From a virus, in the IMG/VR virus record IMGVR_UViG_3300036818_000088, positions 12,182 through 76,181 of that record: a stretch of 64,000 nucleotides of DNA. One strand, given 5' to 3'. Positions 39,464 through 49,225 of this stretch are shown here, in pieces; positions within the stretch are counted from its first letter, which is position 1, and each line of letters begins with the position of its first letter. Under the pieces are notes generated by a model, which was not told where the DNA came from, made no database searches, and saw nothing but the letters and a program-made list of their open reading frames with translations. The position numbers were made by a program, and so were the translations under genes.

Positions 39464-39907
39464 TTGGCGATCGAAGTCAAGTGGTTCGGGCTCGGCCTGC
39501 TCGACATGCTGGAGGCTCCACGCGACCTTGAGGCCGAAACACTGAAGCTGGCCTTGGTCAAAGCGGCCTACACTCCGGATCGCGATACGCAGGACTTCTG
39601 GAACGATGTCTCGGGCAACGAGCTCGCCGAAGGCAACGGCTATGTGACCGGTGGCAAAACCCTCGCTGGCGTCGCCACTTCCTACGATTCGGCCTCCGAT
39701 CAGGTTCGCCTCGACTTCAACGACGTGACTTGGGAATTCACCGCCTCCCAGAAATGGAAATTCGCGGTCCTCTATATCGACACCGCGGGGGCGTCCTCAA
39801 CCGACCCGGTGATCGGCCTGCTGAGCTGGGATTCCGAACAGGCCGTCTCGACCAGTTTCACGCTGGTTATCGACGCCGCCGGGTTGCTGTACATAGATAC
39901 GACCTGA
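39464..39907 (+). CDS. Virion structural protein
   Basis: LKLALV..YTPD..D..NEL..GYVTGGKTL, a common phage family. Confidence 0.7.
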   Translation: MAIEVKWFGLGLLDMLEAPRDLEAETLKLALVKAAYTPDRDTQDFWNDVSGNELAEGNGYVTGGKTLAGVATSYDSASDQVRLDFNDVTWEFTASQKWKFAVLYIDTAGASSTDPVIGLLSWDSEQAVSTSFTLVIDAAGLLYIDTT

Positions 39908-39921
39908 TCGAGGGCTGAGGC

Positions 39922-42510
39922 GTGGCAATCGTCTCGCCCACGTTCGTCCTAGAGGCTGAGACCTCTTGGACGACCACGAACCCAGCATCGCTTGAAAAAG
40001 CCCTCGCGGTAGTCGCGGGCGAACGCATCACTGTCTTGGCGATCGACGAACAGGCCGCCGGCACGCTGGCCTTGGCGATCTCTGGCGGCGGGCTGACCTG
40101 GAAAGAAGAGAAACTCAGCCACCCCGAAGGTGAGTGCTATGTCGTCATATGGACGGCGACGGCGGCGAAAACCGAAACGATCACCATCAAAGTCACGGCG
40201 ACTGGCAAAGGCCAGTTCGGGAATATCGGCCGCTGGGGCTTCAATGCATTGGCGTGGAAAGGCTCTGAAGGGATCGGCGCGGTTGTCCTCACGACCGGCT
40301 CGGGTGCCCCGCTGGTCAAAATCAAAACCGGACAGGACAACAGTGCGCTGGTCGTTGTCAACGCCGACTTCGCAGCGAAAAGCGGCTCGACGCGCAAGGC
40401 CAGGCCCATCGCTGAGCCGGGCAAGGCCGTCACCTGCAACGCGGCTACCGATGTCTTCACCTGTACCGCCCACGGCTATCGGGAAAACGATGAGGTCCAG
40501 TTCTCAGGGCTCACCGGCGGCGCTGGGATTACCGCAGGGACGATCTATTACGTCATCGCCTCTGGGCTGGCCGCGAACGAATTCAAGGTCAGCGCGACGC
40601 TGGGAGGCACGGCGCTCAACGTCACCTCGAACCTGACTGCAGGCACGGTCGCCCGAACCTACGCCGAGCAGACCTACTCGACTACCAGCGGCGCCTACAC
40701 CGTCTATGGCGGCTTTCACGGCAATGTCGGGGCGGCGGGAGAAAAGGAAGTCGGCTTCACCGAACCCACGGGACAGACCTTCACGGCCGTCGCGATCGAG
40801 GTCAAGGGAACCAAAACAGCAGAACCGCCAAGCGTCACCACCGAACCGGCCACCGAAATCGGCCTCATTACCGCGACCTTCAACGGCACGGTCGATCCGA
40901 AGGGATTGTCGACGACCTACTGGTTCGAGTACGGCACGGATACCAAATACGGCTCAACCACCGAAAAAGTAAAAGGTCTCGAAACCAAAAAAGCTGTCTC
41001 GGCCAAAGTCACGGGCCTCCTCGCCGGCCAGACTTACCACTTCCGCTTGGTCGCCGAAAACAGCGCTGGGATCACCTATGGGCTCGATAGCGAAGAGACA
41101 GAGGAAAAAGAACCCGTTAAAGAGACACCCACCCCGGGTGGTGCCGATGCCAAAGGAACCGCCCCGGTTGCCTCTGCAGCGCTTGTCCAAGATGGCGCCA
41201 CTGCCACCGGGAGCCAGCCTGCGCTCTCTGTTCCCGTAGCGGCTGGAGGTGCGCCTGCCAGCGGCACAGAACCCAAAGCACAGGAATCGGCTACCGAGAC
41301 CCCGGTGCCGGGAGGATCGACGGCCTCGGGTATTGGTCCACAGGCAAGCGTCGCAGGGCCGCAGGGAGGCTCTCTTGCCGGTGGCGCAGCGCCAGCTTCG
41401 GCAGTTCCAAGCGACAGCGGAGGCGCTCTCGGCTCCGGCAATGGGGTGGTGCCCGATTACGGCGCGATGCCGATCGCCGGCGAAGCGCAGGCAAACGGAG
41501 ATGGCCCAAGCGCCACAGCCGCGGTTCTCGCCGGAGGGGCAGTCGCAGACGGTGCCTCGCCGACAGAGCGCCAGGCCGCCTCGCCCCCGCCGGGAGGCGC
41601 TATTGCCAGTGGCCAAGAGCCAACTGCCGCATCGACTGCCGCGCCGGGGGAAGCCGCCGGGGCTGGCGCAGGGCCTACCGCTGCGACCTCGGTAGCAATC
41701 GGTGGGGCCAGTGCGGGCGGTATCGAGCCGCAGGAGGCCGAAGAAGAAAGCGCATCGCTGCCCTCCGGTGGTGCTGAGGCCGGAGGCTCCGAACCGTCCA
41801 CCGCTGCTCAGGCCGACTCAGGCGGCGCATCTGCCGGCGGCCCCGGCCCCGGCGCCGCTGCCTCGCCAGCCCTCGGCGGCGCTCAAGGCGACGGGATTAC
41901 CCCCGCGACCATCACAATGGTCGGCCAAGGCGGCGCTATAGCGGCAGGCAACGCTCCCAGCGAGCACGAAACCACAGTCGAGGCCGCAATCCCCGGTGGG
42001 GCACTCGCCAATGGCACGGGGCCGCAGCAGGCCGTAGCGTCGGGAATAGGCGGGGCTGAGGGCGCTGGCCTGCCGGGTAGTGCCGGGGCGGCCTGCGGTC
42101 GAGGCGAGGCTGAGGCGGCTGGGCAAGAGCCCGGCTCCCACGTTCTCGCCATCGCGGTCGCCGGTGGCGCAGATGGTGGCTGGAATCCTCCGGTCGCGCT
42201 GATCGCGCTCGGGCCGCGAGGGTTGGCGCAGGGCGATGGTTCCTCGCCATCCCTCTCGGCACTGGTTGAGTCAGGAGGAGCGCTAGCCGCCGGATACCCG
42301 CTCGAAGAAATCACCTCCGGCACCGTCGTAGGCACTGCGGGACTCAGCGTGGATCCCGCCGGCTCTGCCTCCGTAGGAGACGTGGATACAGGCGCGGCAA
42401 GCCTCAGCGCGACACCTGCGGGCGCTTCCTCTGTGCGGGAAGAGAATGCGGGCGCCGCTACCGTAGGCAGCGAGAAGATGGCCAGCGCGACGACCACCGA
42501 GACCCCATGA
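39922..42510 (+). CDS. Large virion appendage protein (FN3-like domain + Gly/Ala-rich repeats)
   Basis: ATFNGTVDPKG..YWFEYG..GLLAGQTYHFRLVAEN; about 20 G(G/E)AxAxGxxP repeats. Confidence 0.7.
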   Translation: MAIVSPTFVLEAETSWTTTNPASLEKALAVVAGERITVLAIDEQAAGTLALAISGGGLTWKEEKLSHPEGECYVVIWTATAAKTETITIKVTATGKGQFGNIGRWGFNALAWKGSEGIGAVVLTTGSGAPLVKIKTGQDNSALVVVNADFAAKSGSTRKARPIAEPGKAVTCNAATDVFTCTAHGYRENDEVQFSGLTGGAGITAGTIYYVIASGLAANEFKVSATLGGTALNVTSNLTAGTVARTYAEQTYSTTSGAYTVYGGFHGNVGAAGEKEVGFTEPTGQTFTAVAIEVKGTKTAEPPSVTTEPATEIGLITATFNGTVDPKGLSTTYWFEYGTDTKYGSTTEKVKGLETKKAVSAKVTGLLAGQTYHFRLVAENSAGITYGLDSEETEEKEPVKETPTPGGADAKGTAPVASAALVQDGATATGSQPALSVPVAAGGAPASGTEPKAQESATETPVPGGSTASGIGPQASVAGPQGGSLAGGAAPASAVPSDSGGALGSGNGVVPDYGAMPIAGEAQANGDGPSATAAVLAGGAVADGASPTERQAASPPPGGAIASGQEPTAASTAAPGEAAGAGAGPTAATSVAIGGASAGGIEPQEAEEESASLPSGGAEAGGSEPSTAAQADSGGASAGGPGPGAAASPALGGAQGDGITPATITMVGQGGAIAAGNAPSEHETTVEAAIPGGALANGTGPQQAVASGIGGAEGAGLPGSAGAACGRGEAEAAGQEPGSHVLAIAVAGGADGGWNPPVALIALGPRGLAQGDGSSPSLSALVESGGALAAGYPLEEITSGTVVGTAGLSVDPAGSASVGDVDTGAASLSATPAGASSVREENAGAATVGSEKMASATTTETP

Positions 42511-43310
42511 GCCACGACATCGGCGATACCAGCCGCCTGCGTCTTGTCGATGTCCTAGACGAGGACGGCAAAGCGGCCGATCCCGGCGAGCTGAAGCTCG
42601 AAATCCGGCGCCCCGACGGAGAAGTGATCGTCCGTGAATGGCCCTCGGGCAGCGAGATCGTCAAAGAGTCGACCGGCAACTTCAACTCGTTGGTGCTCTG
42701 GGACGAAGCAGGCGCATGGGAATACCGCTGGCTCGCCAGCGAAGGCGTCACGGTCAAGGAGGGCGGCACCGTCTATGTCGGCATCGAGACGATGGACACT
42801 CCGTTCCCCGACGAAGACTTCACCGTCGCCGAAGTCTGGGCACGCTCACCGTTGCTGCAGACGCGCTATGTGCGCGGCTCGGGCGATCCCGAGCTGGTCC
42901 TGCGCGTCGCCACTGCGGCACCGTTGGTCGGCTCGCTGACCGGGCGGATCATCGCCGGCACCGAAGGCGAAGCCGTGTCCGACGGGATGAAAGAGCTGGC
43001 GCTGAGCGCGATCGCGATGAAGACCGAGCAGCTCGACTCCGCCGTCGGTTCGGTGAGCAGTCGCGAAGAGGCGCTCGAACGATCCGCCCTGCGCTCGATC
43101 TCGGCGGGGTCATGGAGCGAGTCCTACTGGGGGCCAGGCGAGGCGGCCCAAGGCAAGCAGCTCGACACCGACCCAACGCTCGCCTCGCTGCTTTGGGCAC
43201 TCTGCACGGAACAGAAGAAAGGCGAATGGCTCGAACTCTGGGAGGGCAAGGAAAAGGGCTTCTCGGTGGTCGAGGCCTTCGCGTACAGTCAGAGGCCGGG
43301 GGGTTATTGA
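42507..43310 (+). CDS. Ig-like domain + head-tail adaptor
   Basis: DP..LKLEIRRPDG..G.WEYRW N-terminus; SISAGSWSESY adaptor-like C-terminus. Confidence 0.6.
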   Translation: MSHDIGDTSRLRLVDVLDEDGKAADPGELKLEIRRPDGEVIVREWPSGSEIVKESTGNFNSLVLWDEAGAWEYRWLASEGVTVKEGGTVYVGIETMDTPFPDEDFTVAEVWARSPLLQTRYVRGSGDPELVLRVATAAPLVGSLTGRIIAGTEGEAVSDGMKELALSAIAMKTEQLDSAVGSVSSREEALERSALRSISAGSWSESYWGPGEAAQGKQLDTDPTLASLLWALCTEQKKGEWLELWEGKEKGFSVVEAFAYSQRPGGY

Positions 43311-43469
43311 CCGCTCGCGCCCGAAAGCCGCCTCGCAAGCTGGTCCTGCCTGACGAGACCTGTCTCGATCGACTGTGGGCACGGCTCAGGGATCGCCCAA
43401 CCCTTCAGGAGCAAATCGAGGCTAGGCCGGACACGGTGACTCTTCGGACGCGCAAATGGCCGAAGTAAA

Positions 43470-43844
43470 GTGGCCATCCCCCGTCCACATACCGCCACGC
43501 CGGTGCTCTGGGTGCAATCAGGCGAACGGATCGAGGGTGAGCGCGATGTCTCGATGGAGCTCGGCACGCCCTTCGGCTGCTTCCTGCAACTCCCCGGCGG
43601 CGAGGAGGATTCAGGCACTCCCCGCGGCCGACGCCAAGTCAAACGCCCGACTCTGCTCTTCAACGCCCGTGATCTCATCGGCGAGGTGATCGAACTCTCC
43701 AACGCCGACGAACTGCTGGTCGAAGCGCCGCTGCTCACTGGTCCCGATCCGGTGCGCTGGCAGATCGTCGGCACGCCGGAGTACCTCGCCTCGCCTCGGC
43801 GTCTTGTCGGGTTTCAGGCGCGGCTCAAGCGGGTGGAAGACTAA
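43470..43844 (+). CDS. Head closure/stopper protein
   Basis: Position, size, and a WQIVGTPE..QARLKRVE ending. Confidence 0.6.
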   Translation: MAIPRPHTATPVLWVQSGERIEGERDVSMELGTPFGCFLQLPGGEEDSGTPRGRRQVKRPTLLFNARDLIGEVIELSNADELLVEAPLLTGPDPVRWQIVGTPEYLASPRRLVGFQARLKRVED

Positions 43845-44064
43845 TGACGATCACCGTCGGCAAGCGCACGCGGTGGAACATGGGCGAGGTGAAAACGCTG
43901 CGCGCAGCGGCGGAGATACCCGGTGTCAACCTCGCCCGCATCAACACCATCGTCCGGCGCTGCGACGGCGACTTCGACCTCGCCCTGACCGCGTTGACGA
44001 TGAAGCCCCGGCCCGACTGGGTTGAGCATTTCTTGACCGCCGACGTAACGGAGGAGAACGGCTT

Positions 44065-44367
44065 TTGAGTGCCGGGGACACACTCCAAGGCCGCCATCTC
44101 CCCGACCGCGAGTTCACCCGCCGGCTAGCCAACCCCGAGGCACCCCCGGTCGCCGACGGCGACTACGGCCGCGTCTACCGCGATGGCCACTATGTCTGGA
44201 TGTGCTGCACGCCCGGCCACCACATCGGCGATCTCTCAGCGCACGCCGTGACCGAATTTGCCGATGGCACGGTCACCGTCGCCCCCTCGATCTTGGTTCA
44301 CGCGCCAGGCCATGCCGATCAGGGCTGGCACGGCTATCTCGAGCGAGGACGCTGGCGCGAGTGCTGA
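44065..44367 (+). CDS. DUF6527-like protein
   Basis: TVTVAPSILV...WHGYLERGRW. Confidence 0.6.
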   Translation: MSAGDTLQGRHLPDREFTRRLANPEAPPVADGDYGRVYRDGHYVWMCCTPGHHIGDLSAHAVTEFADGTVTVAPSILVHAPGHADQGWHGYLERGRWREC

Positions 44368-44370
44368 CCT

Positions 44371-44916
44371 GTGGGTCTTGAACTAAACCGCCCCGTTTCT
44401 TCGCTGTTTGACGAGAGCTTCGCCGCCGATGTGGCCCGCGAGATCGTCGACCAAGTCGGCGACCGGATGCTCGAGCGGGTCAAGGACCGCACGCCGATCG
44501 CCGATCTGCCGCTCGCCTATCACGGCGACTTCGCCACATGGATCGAGGATCGCGGCGGTCGCAAGCCTGGCACCCTGCGCGAGCGCTGGCGGCGCACCGG
44601 GGTACAGGGGCAGTCCGGCTCGGGCCTCAAGGTCGTGGTCTTCAACCCCGACCCGGTCACGGTGATGGTCGAGCACAACACGCGCCCCCACCTGATCCGC
44701 GCTCACCTGCGAACCCGCGCCGATGGCGGCACCTACCAAGGCCTGCTGCGCTACCCGCAGGGGGCGAGCTTCCACTTCGCGGTGGAGACGCACCACCCAG
44801 GCACGCAGGGCCAGCATTTCTTGCGAAATACACTCGCCGAAATCGAGGCCGTTTGGCCCGAGATCGGGACGCGCGTCCTCGACCTCTCAATTGTCTTTTA
44901 CGATGAGCGATACTAG
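44371..44916 (+). CDS. HK97 gp10-like neck protein
   Basis: RTP, GTLRERW, VEHNTRPH, HPGTQGQHFL. Confidence 0.75.
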   Translation: MGLELNRPVSSLFDESFAADVAREIVDQVGDRMLERVKDRTPIADLPLAYHGDFATWIEDRGGRKPGTLRERWRRTGVQGQSGSGLKVVVFNPDPVTVMVEHNTRPHLIRAHLRTRADGGTYQGLLRYPQGASFHFAVETHHPGTQGQHFLRNTLAEIEAVWPEIGTRVLDLSIVFYDERY

Positions 44917-45564
44917 ATGTGGACTGCTGACGACATCTCAAGATCGCTCAGGCGCTACCTCGCCGCCGCCCTCCCCGAGGAGTGGACGATCCGCCTTGAG
45001 GTGCGCGAGGTGCGAGACGAGGATCGTCCTGTCGCCGTGGTCGAACTCGGCGCGATCTCATCGGTGCGAGCACGCGAGGCGATCACCCAAGGCGAGGTCG
45101 AATCGCTGGCGCCGGTGACGATCACCGCCTACCCGCCGCTGCCCGATGAGCCCAAAGCCGGGGAAGATCCGGCCACCGATCCGCTGCGCGAGGCCCGCCA
45201 GCAGGCCGCGACCATCGCCTCGGGTCTTGAGCGCCTGCTGGTTTACGGGCTGACCGTCACCACCGAACCCGAAGAAGGCCAGCGCGTGCACTGGGCCGGT
45301 CCCTTCCGCATCCCGCTCTACGACTACGCCGACGTGCCGCTGAGCGGACCCGAACGCGAAGGCCCCAAAGAGCCGCACGACGTGCTCTGGGTGCCCCAGG
45401 AGTCGGTCAGCGTCGAGCCGATCCAGGACACCGAAGACCGCCGCCGCTGGTCGGTCGCGATGGACTTCCGCGTCTCGATGGAGGCACCTGGCCGCGAACG
45501 AGCCGAAGACGAAGGCTTCCTCGCCGAAGGCATCGAAGGCAGCTTCGTCCCGCCACCCGGCTAG
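44917..45564 (+). CDS. Tail terminator-like protein
   Basis: Position before the sheath; size; RPVAVVE strand. Confidence 0.55.
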   Translation: MWTADDISRSLRRYLAAALPEEWTIRLEVREVRDEDRPVAVVELGAISSVRAREAITQGEVESLAPVTITAYPPLPDEPKAGEDPATDPLREARQQAATIASGLERLLVYGLTVTTEPEEGQRVHWAGPFRIPLYDYADVPLSGPEREGPKEPHDVLWVPQESVSVEPIQDTEDRRRWSVAMDFRVSMEAPGRERAEDEGFLAEGIEGSFVPPPG

Positions 45565-45591
45565 GGGAAGCGGCCCGATCTAGCCGCCAAG

Positions 45592-45623
45592 TGACAGTAT
45601 CCATTCTGGGCAGCACCTATCCT
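45592..45623 (+). promoter_or_regulatory. Putative late promoter (tail operon)
   Basis: TGACAGTAT-N15-CCTATCCT, with spacing identical to the copy at 34831. Confidence 0.65.
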
Positions 45624-45632
45624 GCGAGCGGA

Positions 45633-45950
45633 ATGGGCGAGCCTGCACAGAGTCCCGAGAGCACCCCCCTCAAGCCGAGCCGCGATGAGCTAAACGAGCG
45701 CGCCGCCGAGCTTGGCATTGCCAGCCCCGAGGGTCTCAAGAACATGGAGGCTGTCGAAGAGGCGATCTCCGACGCCGAAGCCCTGCCGCGCTTCAGCCGA
45801 GCCGAAGTGCTTGACCTCGCCCGCTCGCTGACCGGCTTCTCGCGCAACCACATGGCTGGCGCCCTGCACGGCAACGAGCAGAAGACCTTCACCAAGGAAG
45901 AGGCCACCAAGATCGGTGAGCGCTTCGCCCGCCATGAGGCGGTGGCCTAG
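45633..45950 (+). CDS. Small pre-sheath protein
   Basis: Rho-N-like ELNERAAELGI, then FSR..GAL..FTKEEA (resembles YqbF/YqzN-type proteins). Confidence 0.55.
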   Translation: MGEPAQSPESTPLKPSRDELNERAAELGIASPEGLKNMEAVEEAISDAEALPRFSRAEVLDLARSLTGFSRNHMAGALHGNEQKTFTKEEATKIGERFARHEAVA

Positions 45951-47425
45951 TGGGCGGCGGCACAACCCTGACGCTGCCCCAGAACGAGGGCACCTACATC
46001 ACCCTGCAGGGCCAGCGTACGGTTCGCCCGAGCGCATCGGTTGCCCAGACAGTCGCGATCCCGCTGATCTGCGACTGGGGGCCGCTCGGCTCTGAAGAAA
46101 TCGTCAAGTCCGAAACCTTCGGCGAATGGGAGTCGCTCTTCGGCAACTCCGACACGCCCGGCCGCGATGCGGCGCTGGCGGCCTTCGTCGGCACCGGCAT
46201 CGAAGGCAACGTCGCCGCCGGTGCGGTCAAGTCCTACCGGATGGCGACCAGCTCCGCCGCCGCCTCGACCGTGACGCTGAAAAACACGAAAGAAGGCGGC
46301 AAAAGCGCGCTCAAACTCACCGCCCGCTACACCGGCGAGCGCGGGGACCGGATCTCGATGGCTGTCGCCGCCGATCCGACCGACGAAACCAAGGCGCGCT
46401 TCACGGTGATGTTCGACGGCGTGCGCAAGGAGAGCTACTCCTACACCAAAATCGACCTCGCCGAACTCGCCGCCAAGCTTGAAGCCAACTCCTCGCTGAT
46501 CCCGACCGTGGCGGTCCTCGAAGATGGAGTCGCGCTTGCGACGACCGCCAGCACCTCGCTTGCCGGCGGCAACAACGGCGACGAACTCACCTCCAAAGAG
46601 TGGCTCGCAGCGACCGAAGCGCTCGAGTTCGAGGACTTCTCGGTCTTCGTCCCCTACGACCTCTCCGACAAAGCGATCCGCGCCAGCCTCTTCGCCTGGA
46701 CACAGAGCCAGGCCGAAGAGATGCGGCCGGTCTTCACGATCTTCGGTGGTCCCGAAGGCGAGGAACTGATCGACGGCATCGAACGCGCCCGCGAAATCGA
46801 AGATCCTCACGTCATCGCGATCGGCGGCGGGGACTTCCATGACGACTTCCTCGACAAGGACATCTCGACCGCCCAGCTCGCCCCGCGCATCGCCGGCATC
46901 CTCGCCGGCCTCGGCGAATCCAAGTCGCTGCTGAACGTGCCGATCGCCGGGCTTAAGCAGATCGGCACCTCGCTGATTGCCCCCGACGAGCAGCACACGG
47001 CGAGCGAAAACGGCCTCACCGTCTTCCGCCGCACGACGATCCCCGAGGCCGAACTGGTCATCGCCAACGGCGTCACCACCTTCACCGACGACACCGACCT
47101 GACCCGGCCGGTGGAACTGTTCAGCGACCCGCGCATTATCCGCGTCGCCGACCTCTTCATCCGTCGCATGAAGGAATGGGGGGACCGCAACATCGTCGGC
47201 CCGACCACGGTCACCGAGGAGACCGAAGCGGCCGTCCGCGAGCGCGGCGACGCCGAACTGAAAGCGCTCACCGACCGCAACCTGATCCTGCCGGGCAAAA
47301 CGCCCGACGAAAAGCCCTTCTTCCGGCTCGTCGACAACGCAGGCAAACCGGCGATCGTCTTCGAGTTCGGCTGGGTCTTCGCGCGGACTACACGATGGTT
47401 GATCGGGCGAGGAAGCGTGCGCTGA
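45950..47425 (+). CDS. Tail sheath protein (XkdK-like)
   Basis: GTYI, DWGP, LTARYTGERG, LAGG.NG, NGVTTF, RIIRVAD. Confidence 0.9.
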   Translation: MGGGTTLTLPQNEGTYITLQGQRTVRPSASVAQTVAIPLICDWGPLGSEEIVKSETFGEWESLFGNSDTPGRDAALAAFVGTGIEGNVAAGAVKSYRMATSSAAASTVTLKNTKEGGKSALKLTARYTGERGDRISMAVAADPTDETKARFTVMFDGVRKESYSYTKIDLAELAAKLEANSSLIPTVAVLEDGVALATTASTSLAGGNNGDELTSKEWLAATEALEFEDFSVFVPYDLSDKAIRASLFAWTQSQAEEMRPVFTIFGGPEGEELIDGIERAREIEDPHVIAIGGGDFHDDFLDKDISTAQLAPRIAGILAGLGESKSLLNVPIAGLKQIGTSLIAPDEQHTASENGLTVFRRTTIPEAELVIANGVTTFTDDTDLTRPVELFSDPRIIRVADLFIRRMKEWGDRNIVGPTTVTEETEAAVRERGDAELKALTDRNLILPGKTPDEKPFFRLVDNAGKPAIVFEFGWVFARTTRWLIGRGSVR

Positions 47426-47526
47426 TGGGCCACATCGTTGAGACCGAGCATTCCTATGCGAATACGCAGCCTGCGCATCCAGAATGCAATTGGAAGAAGG
47501 GCGCGTCATTGGAGGTGGCTGCGTAA
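47425..47526 (+). pseudogene. Remnant of an HNH endonuclease
   Basis: 33-aa ORF MGHIVETEHSYANTQPAHPECNWKKGASLEVAA. Confidence 0.65.
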
Positions 47527-48044
47527 TGGGCGGCTTTGCAGGACCGACGGCTTCACTTAAGGCCCGCAACCGCCGCTCCGGCCGTTCTGGCACCGTCTGG
47601 TCGGAGGGCAAGATGCTGGGCGAGGTCAGCTCGATCGAATGGACTGTCGAGGTCGAACAGATCGCCGTGCCGATCCCCGGCACTTGGCAGGACGGCCTCA
47701 AGCCCGGCGCTGAGGCGCGCCGCGGCACGATGCGGATCGACGATGTCGATGACAAATGGCGCCGCTACGTCTGGGAATTCCTCGATGCTCGCCGCCGCAA
47801 CGACGCCGAGACGGCCGCCGAGTTCCCCGCCTTCAACATCATCACCCAGATCGCCGATATCGGCACCCCCGGCGGCTCCAAGACGCGCTGGGCGCTGCGC
47901 GACTGCCAGCTCTTCAGCTACTCGGGTGGATTCAGCCAGCAGGACCAGTACCTGCAGCGTGACATCCCCTTCAGCTTCGAGTCAGATGCGCCGATCGACT
48001 CCTTCGCATACGCCGAAGGCGGCATCGTCAACTACGCGGGTTAG
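47526..48044 (+). CDS. Tail tube protein (XkdM-like)
   Basis: SGRSGTVW.EG, GTMRI, L.DC..F, DIPFSFE; follows the sheath. Confidence 0.85.
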   Translation: MGGFAGPTASLKARNRRSGRSGTVWSEGKMLGEVSSIEWTVEVEQIAVPIPGTWQDGLKPGAEARRGTMRIDDVDDKWRRYVWEFLDARRRNDAETAAEFPAFNIITQIADIGTPGGSKTRWALRDCQLFSYSGGFSQQDQYLQRDIPFSFESDAPIDSFAYAEGGIVNYAG

Positions 48045-48055
48045 GTCGCAGGGCC

Positions 48056-48442
48056 GTGGCCCACTGCGACTATGAGTCGGCTTGGTTGGCCCTAGGCGAG
48101 CGGCTGCGGGCCAAGCCGGGCTGGGGCTCCAAGGAGCTGCATGAGCTTATGGCCGAGATCGCCGCCGCGCATCGCCTTCCCGAGAACTTCGTCCAGCAGA
48201 TTGTCCGCCTCTACGGCGGCACAGTTCACCTACAAATCACCCCGGAGACGGGGGCCGCTGGACTCGACGAGTCACTGACCGCCGAGCCCAAGCCACTCGA
48301 TCCCGAGGCATCAACGGCACTAGGAGGCCATGATGAGCGAGCAGGACACCAAGACAGCGCCGAAGGCAGCACTGGGAGGGGCGAACAGCCGCCCCGAGCC
48401 GGGAGCGGTAGCCGAGCAGATCGAGCCACCGTCGCGGCCTGA
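48056..48442 (+). CDS. Hypothetical protein overlapping the chaperone start
   Basis: Fills the gap between tube and chaperone; N-terminal half looks like a folded protein. Confidence 0.45.
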   Translation: MAHCDYESAWLALGERLRAKPGWGSKELHELMAEIAAAHRLPENFVQQIVRLYGGTVHLQITPETGAAGLDESLTAEPKPLDPEASTALGGHDERAGHQDSAEGSTGRGEQPPRAGSGSRADRATVAA

Positions 48443-49225
48443 GAAGCCCGAGGAGCCCAAGCCGGGCGACCACCTGCCGCCAGGGGCACCGGAGGGACTC
48501 AAGGAGGCCGTCGCCGGCCCGCTTGATGAGGGCCACGACGATGAGACCGCAGCCGAGGCGGCGATGAAGGAGAAGGGCGCGCTGGACTTCATGCTCAGCA
48601 ACCCCTCGCCGCAGCCCTTCAAGGTGCCGGCGATCGTCGAGACCCCCGCAGGGCCGAAGAAGCTCACCTTTCACATGCGCCAGATCGACGGCAGCCGGAT
48701 CGAGGCGCTGGAGAACGAGCACACCAACGGCGTCGGCCCCTTCGCCACGGTCGACCGCACCCGGCTGAACGCCGCCAAGATCGCCGAGGCCACCGAGAAG
48801 ATGGTCGATGAGAACGGCAAGGAGATGACGCCGGGCGATCCTGAGTTTCTCAGCGGCGGCGAGGGAGTCCCGCATATCGCCTTCGAGCGGATGTTTCGCT
48901 ATGAGCCCGGCGTCGCCGATCAGATCGCCGAACAGATCGACCGCATGGCCGGACAGGCTCGTGATCGGGTTGGCATGGCGGAGCGGGAGATGACCACGGC
49001 AACCCGAAATTTCTAAAGCGGCGTGGGTCGACGTGGCTGATTTTTGCCCAATGGCAGCATCGGGGAATCCGGCCCTCAAAGGCGTGGGCCGGATTCGAGG
49101 AGCCACCGTGGCCTTCGCGGGCGGAGGCCGTCGAGAAGGCTTTCGCGATCCACGCCGCCGAGATAGAAGCAACGACGCACGAGCTGCTCAACTCGATCTT
49201 GGGAGCCTTGGGAGAGGACGAGTAG
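48330..49225 (+). CDS. Tail assembly chaperone (48330-49016) with a -1 frameshift extension to 49225
   Basis: A_AAT_TTC heptamer at 49007-49013 just before TAA; the -1 frame is open to TAG 49225, abutting the TMP start. Confidence 0.8.

Noticed and set aside
45947-47755. 602-aa minus-strand ORF, and similar long antisense ORFs (34609-35751, 58737-59900, 60220-61461, 54386-55312)
   Set aside because: These are shadows of well-supported + strand genes in high-GC DNA, with no motifs or RBS.
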